Part shown: piece by piece, positions 45,736 to 47,620 of the stretch
Layout: the number at the start of each line of letters is the position of its first letter
Position numbering within the stretch: the stretch's first letter is position 1
Position numbers and translations under genes: made by a program
From: Duganella sp.
GTDB taxonomy: Bacteria > Pseudomonadota > Gammaproteobacteria > Burkholderiales > Burkholderiaceae_D
Assembly: GCA_040508835.1 (NCBI GenBank)
Contig: JBEVMD010000095.1
Coordinates: forward strand, 1-47,620
DNA length: 47,620 nucleotides
Direction of reading: 5' to 3'
Notes under the pieces: generated by a model
Database searches by the model: none
What the model was told of the DNA's origin: nothing
What the model saw: only the letters and a program-made list of their open reading frames with translations

Positions 45736-47620
45736 TCAGGCGGCGTGCCGCTGTTGCAGCTGCGCCAGCAGGCGCGCCTGGTCGGCGCGGAAGGTCGTCA
45801 CTGCCTGGTGCTTGACGTGGCCGAAGCCGCGCACCTTTTCCGGCAGGCTGGCCAGTTCCACGGCCAGCGCGTGGTTGTCCGGCGTGAGCTGTTCCAGCAC
45901 CGTGGCGATCATGGTCCGATAGTCGCCGATCAGCGCCCGCTCCATCTTGCGCTCGGCGGTGTAGCCGAACGGATCGAACGCGCCGCCGCGCAGCCCTTTC
46001 AGTTTGGCCAGCAGCCTGAAGGCGGTCCACATCCACGAGCCGTATTCCGCTTTCACCAGGTGGCCCTGGCCGTCTTTTTTCGAGAACAGCGGCGGCGCCA
46101 GGTTGAACTTGACGGAAAAATTTCCCTCGAACTGCTGCGCCAGCTGTTCGGCAAAGCGGCCGTCCGTGTACAGGCGCGCCACTTCGTATTCGTCCTTGTA
46201 GGCCATCAGCTTGAAACAGTATTTTGCCACCGCCGTGGACAGCTTGTGACCGAGTCCCAGCGCGGTTTCGCGCGCGCGCACGGTGGTCACCAGGTCGCTG
46301 TACCGCGCTGCATAGGCGGCGTCCTGGTAGGCGGTCAGAAACGCCACGCGCTTGCCGACGATGGCGTCCAGGCTTTGCGGCAGGTGCAGCACCACCGCCT
46401 GCGCCGGCGCGGCCACGCGTTCCACGCGTTGCAGGTCCGCGGCCGCGCGCCGGCCCCACACGAAGCTTTGCTGATTGGACGCCACGCCCACGCCATTCAA
46501 CTCGATCGCGCGCAGCAGCGCCGCTTCCGTCAACGGAATGCGGCCGCGCTGCCACGCGTAGCCCAGCATGAACAGGTTGGCGGCGATCGAGTCGCCCATC
46601 AGCGCCGTGGCCAGCCGGGTGGCGTCGATGAAATCGGCGGCGCCGGCGCCCACCGATTCGGCAATCAGGGCCTGCACTTCCGCGGCCGGGTACTGCCAGT
46701 CGGCGTCTTGCGCGAACGTGCCCGGCGGCTGCTGGTGCAGGTTGATCACGGCCAGCGTACGGCCGGCGCGCATCTTGGAAATCGCATCGGCCGCGCCGGC
46801 CGTGAGCATGTCGCACCCGAGCACCAGGTCCGCCTCGCCGGTGGCGATGCGCTGCGCGCGCAGGTGGGCCGGGGTGCGGGCGATTTTCACGTGCGACGTG
46901 ACGGAGCCGTTTTTTTGCGACATGCCGGTCATGTCCAGCACGGACGCGCCCTTGCCCTCGAGGTGGGCGGCCATGCCCATCAAGGCGCCCACGGTGATGA
47001 CGCCGGTGCCGCCGATGCCGTTGATCAGGATGTTATATGGCTGCTCGCACGACGGCAGCACCGGTTCCGGCAACGCCGCAAACGCCTCGGTTTTTGTCAC
47101 GCCGGCGCGGCTTTTTTTCAGCGCTCCGCCTTCCACGGTGACAAAGCTGGGACAGAAACCCTTGGCGCACGAATAGTCCTTGTTGCACGACGATTGGTCG
47201 ATGGTGCGCTTGCGCCCGAATTCCGTCTCCTTGGGCAGGATGGACACGCAGTTCGACTGCACGCCGCAGTCGCCGCAGCCTTCGCACACGGCGTCGTTGA
47301 TCACCATCCGCTTGGCGACGTCGGGATAGTCTCCCTTTTTGCGGCGGCGGCGCTTTTCGGCGGCGCAGGTCTGGTCGTAGATCAGCACGGACACGCCGGC
47401 AAACTCGCGCAGCTCGCGCTGCACGGCGTCCATGTCCTTGCGGTCGTGCAGCGACACCTGCGCCGGCAGGTTGCCGCGGTCGGCGTAGCGCGCCAGGTCT
47501 TCCGTCACCAGCGCGATGCGGCGCACGCCTTCGGCTGCCATCTGCTGCGCAATCAGGGGCACGGACGTGATGCCGTCCACGGGCTGGCCGCCGGTCATGG
47601 CCACGGCGTCGTTGTAGAGA
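45736..47620 (-). CDS. Indolepyruvate ferredoxin oxidoreductase family protein (fused type), 5' end outside the window
   Basis: AMTGGQ TPP-region motif, QTCAAEKRRRRK, CEGCGDC...C and CNKDYSC...CP ferredoxin motifs, GIGGTGV, KLMAYKDEYEVAR. Confidence 0.9.
   Translation of the reverse strand, partial: LYNDAVAMTGGQPVDGITSVPLIAQQMAAEGVRRIALVTEDLARYADRGNLPAQVSLHDRKDMDAVQRELREFAGVSVLIYDQTCAAEKRRRRKKGDYPDVAKRMVINDAVCEGCGDCGVQSNCVSILPKETEFGRKRTIDQSSCNKDYSCAKGFCPSFVTVEGGALKKSRAGVTKTEAFAALPEPVLPSCEQPYNILINGIGGTGVITVGALMGMAAHLEGKGASVLDMTGMSQKNGSVTSHVKIARTPAHLRAQRIATGEADLVLGCDMLTAGAADAISKMRAGRTLAVINLHQQPPGTFAQDADWQYPAAEVQALIAESVGAGAADFIDATRLATALMGDSIAANLFMLGYAWQRGRIPLTEAALLRAIELNGVGVASNQQSFVWGRRAAADLQRVERVAAPAQAVVLHLPQSLDAIVGKRVAFLTAYQDAAYAARYSDLVTTVRARETALGLGHKLSTAVAKYCFKLMAYKDEYEVARLYTDGRFAEQLAQQFEGNFSVKFNLAPPLFSKKDGQGHLVKAEYGSWMWTAFRLLAKLKGLRGGAFDPFGYTAERKMERALIGDYRTMIATVLEQLTPDNHALAVELASLPEKVRGFGHVKHQAVTTFRADQARLLAQLQQRHAA

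Overview
GC-rich betaproteobacterial chromosomal window. Gene content resembles Oxalobacteraceae such as Massilia, Duganella or Janthinobacterium (inference, not verified). It opens with a lipoprotein, a cytochrome c5 gene and tRNA-Arg(CCG). The tRNA is followed by an att-arm-like scar (IHF consensus plus five TGCA motifs in exact 10-bp phase) and a block of accessory redox genes. That block holds a LysR/dkgB pair, a secreted cyclase-family protein, a BaeSR-like two-component pair directly upstream of a three-subunit gluconate 2-dehydrogenase, and a three-gene molybdoenzyme operon. The operon encodes a Tat-signal xanthine-oxidase-family Mo subunit, a 2x[2Fe-2S] subunit and an unusual Cys-rich diheme c protein; it is the best candidate here for an undescribed system. 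A LysR/TauD pair and a DsbC-like/secreted protein pair follow. The middle of the window carries a CHASE3 hybrid kinase-CheR-CheB-hybrid kinase operon and a divergent purine/nucleoside uptake cluster with twin sigma54 promoters and GntR-type boxes. The right part has PadR/DUF2812, a NatAB-like ABC exporter, TetR/MBL hydrolase, LacI, a RidA gene with a SoxR-type promoter followed by MarR and an FAD monooxygenase, icmF, and a truncated indolepyruvate-ferredoxin-oxidoreductase-family gene. No CRISPR array, transposase or integrase was seen. All calls come from motif recognition by eye; no database searches were run.
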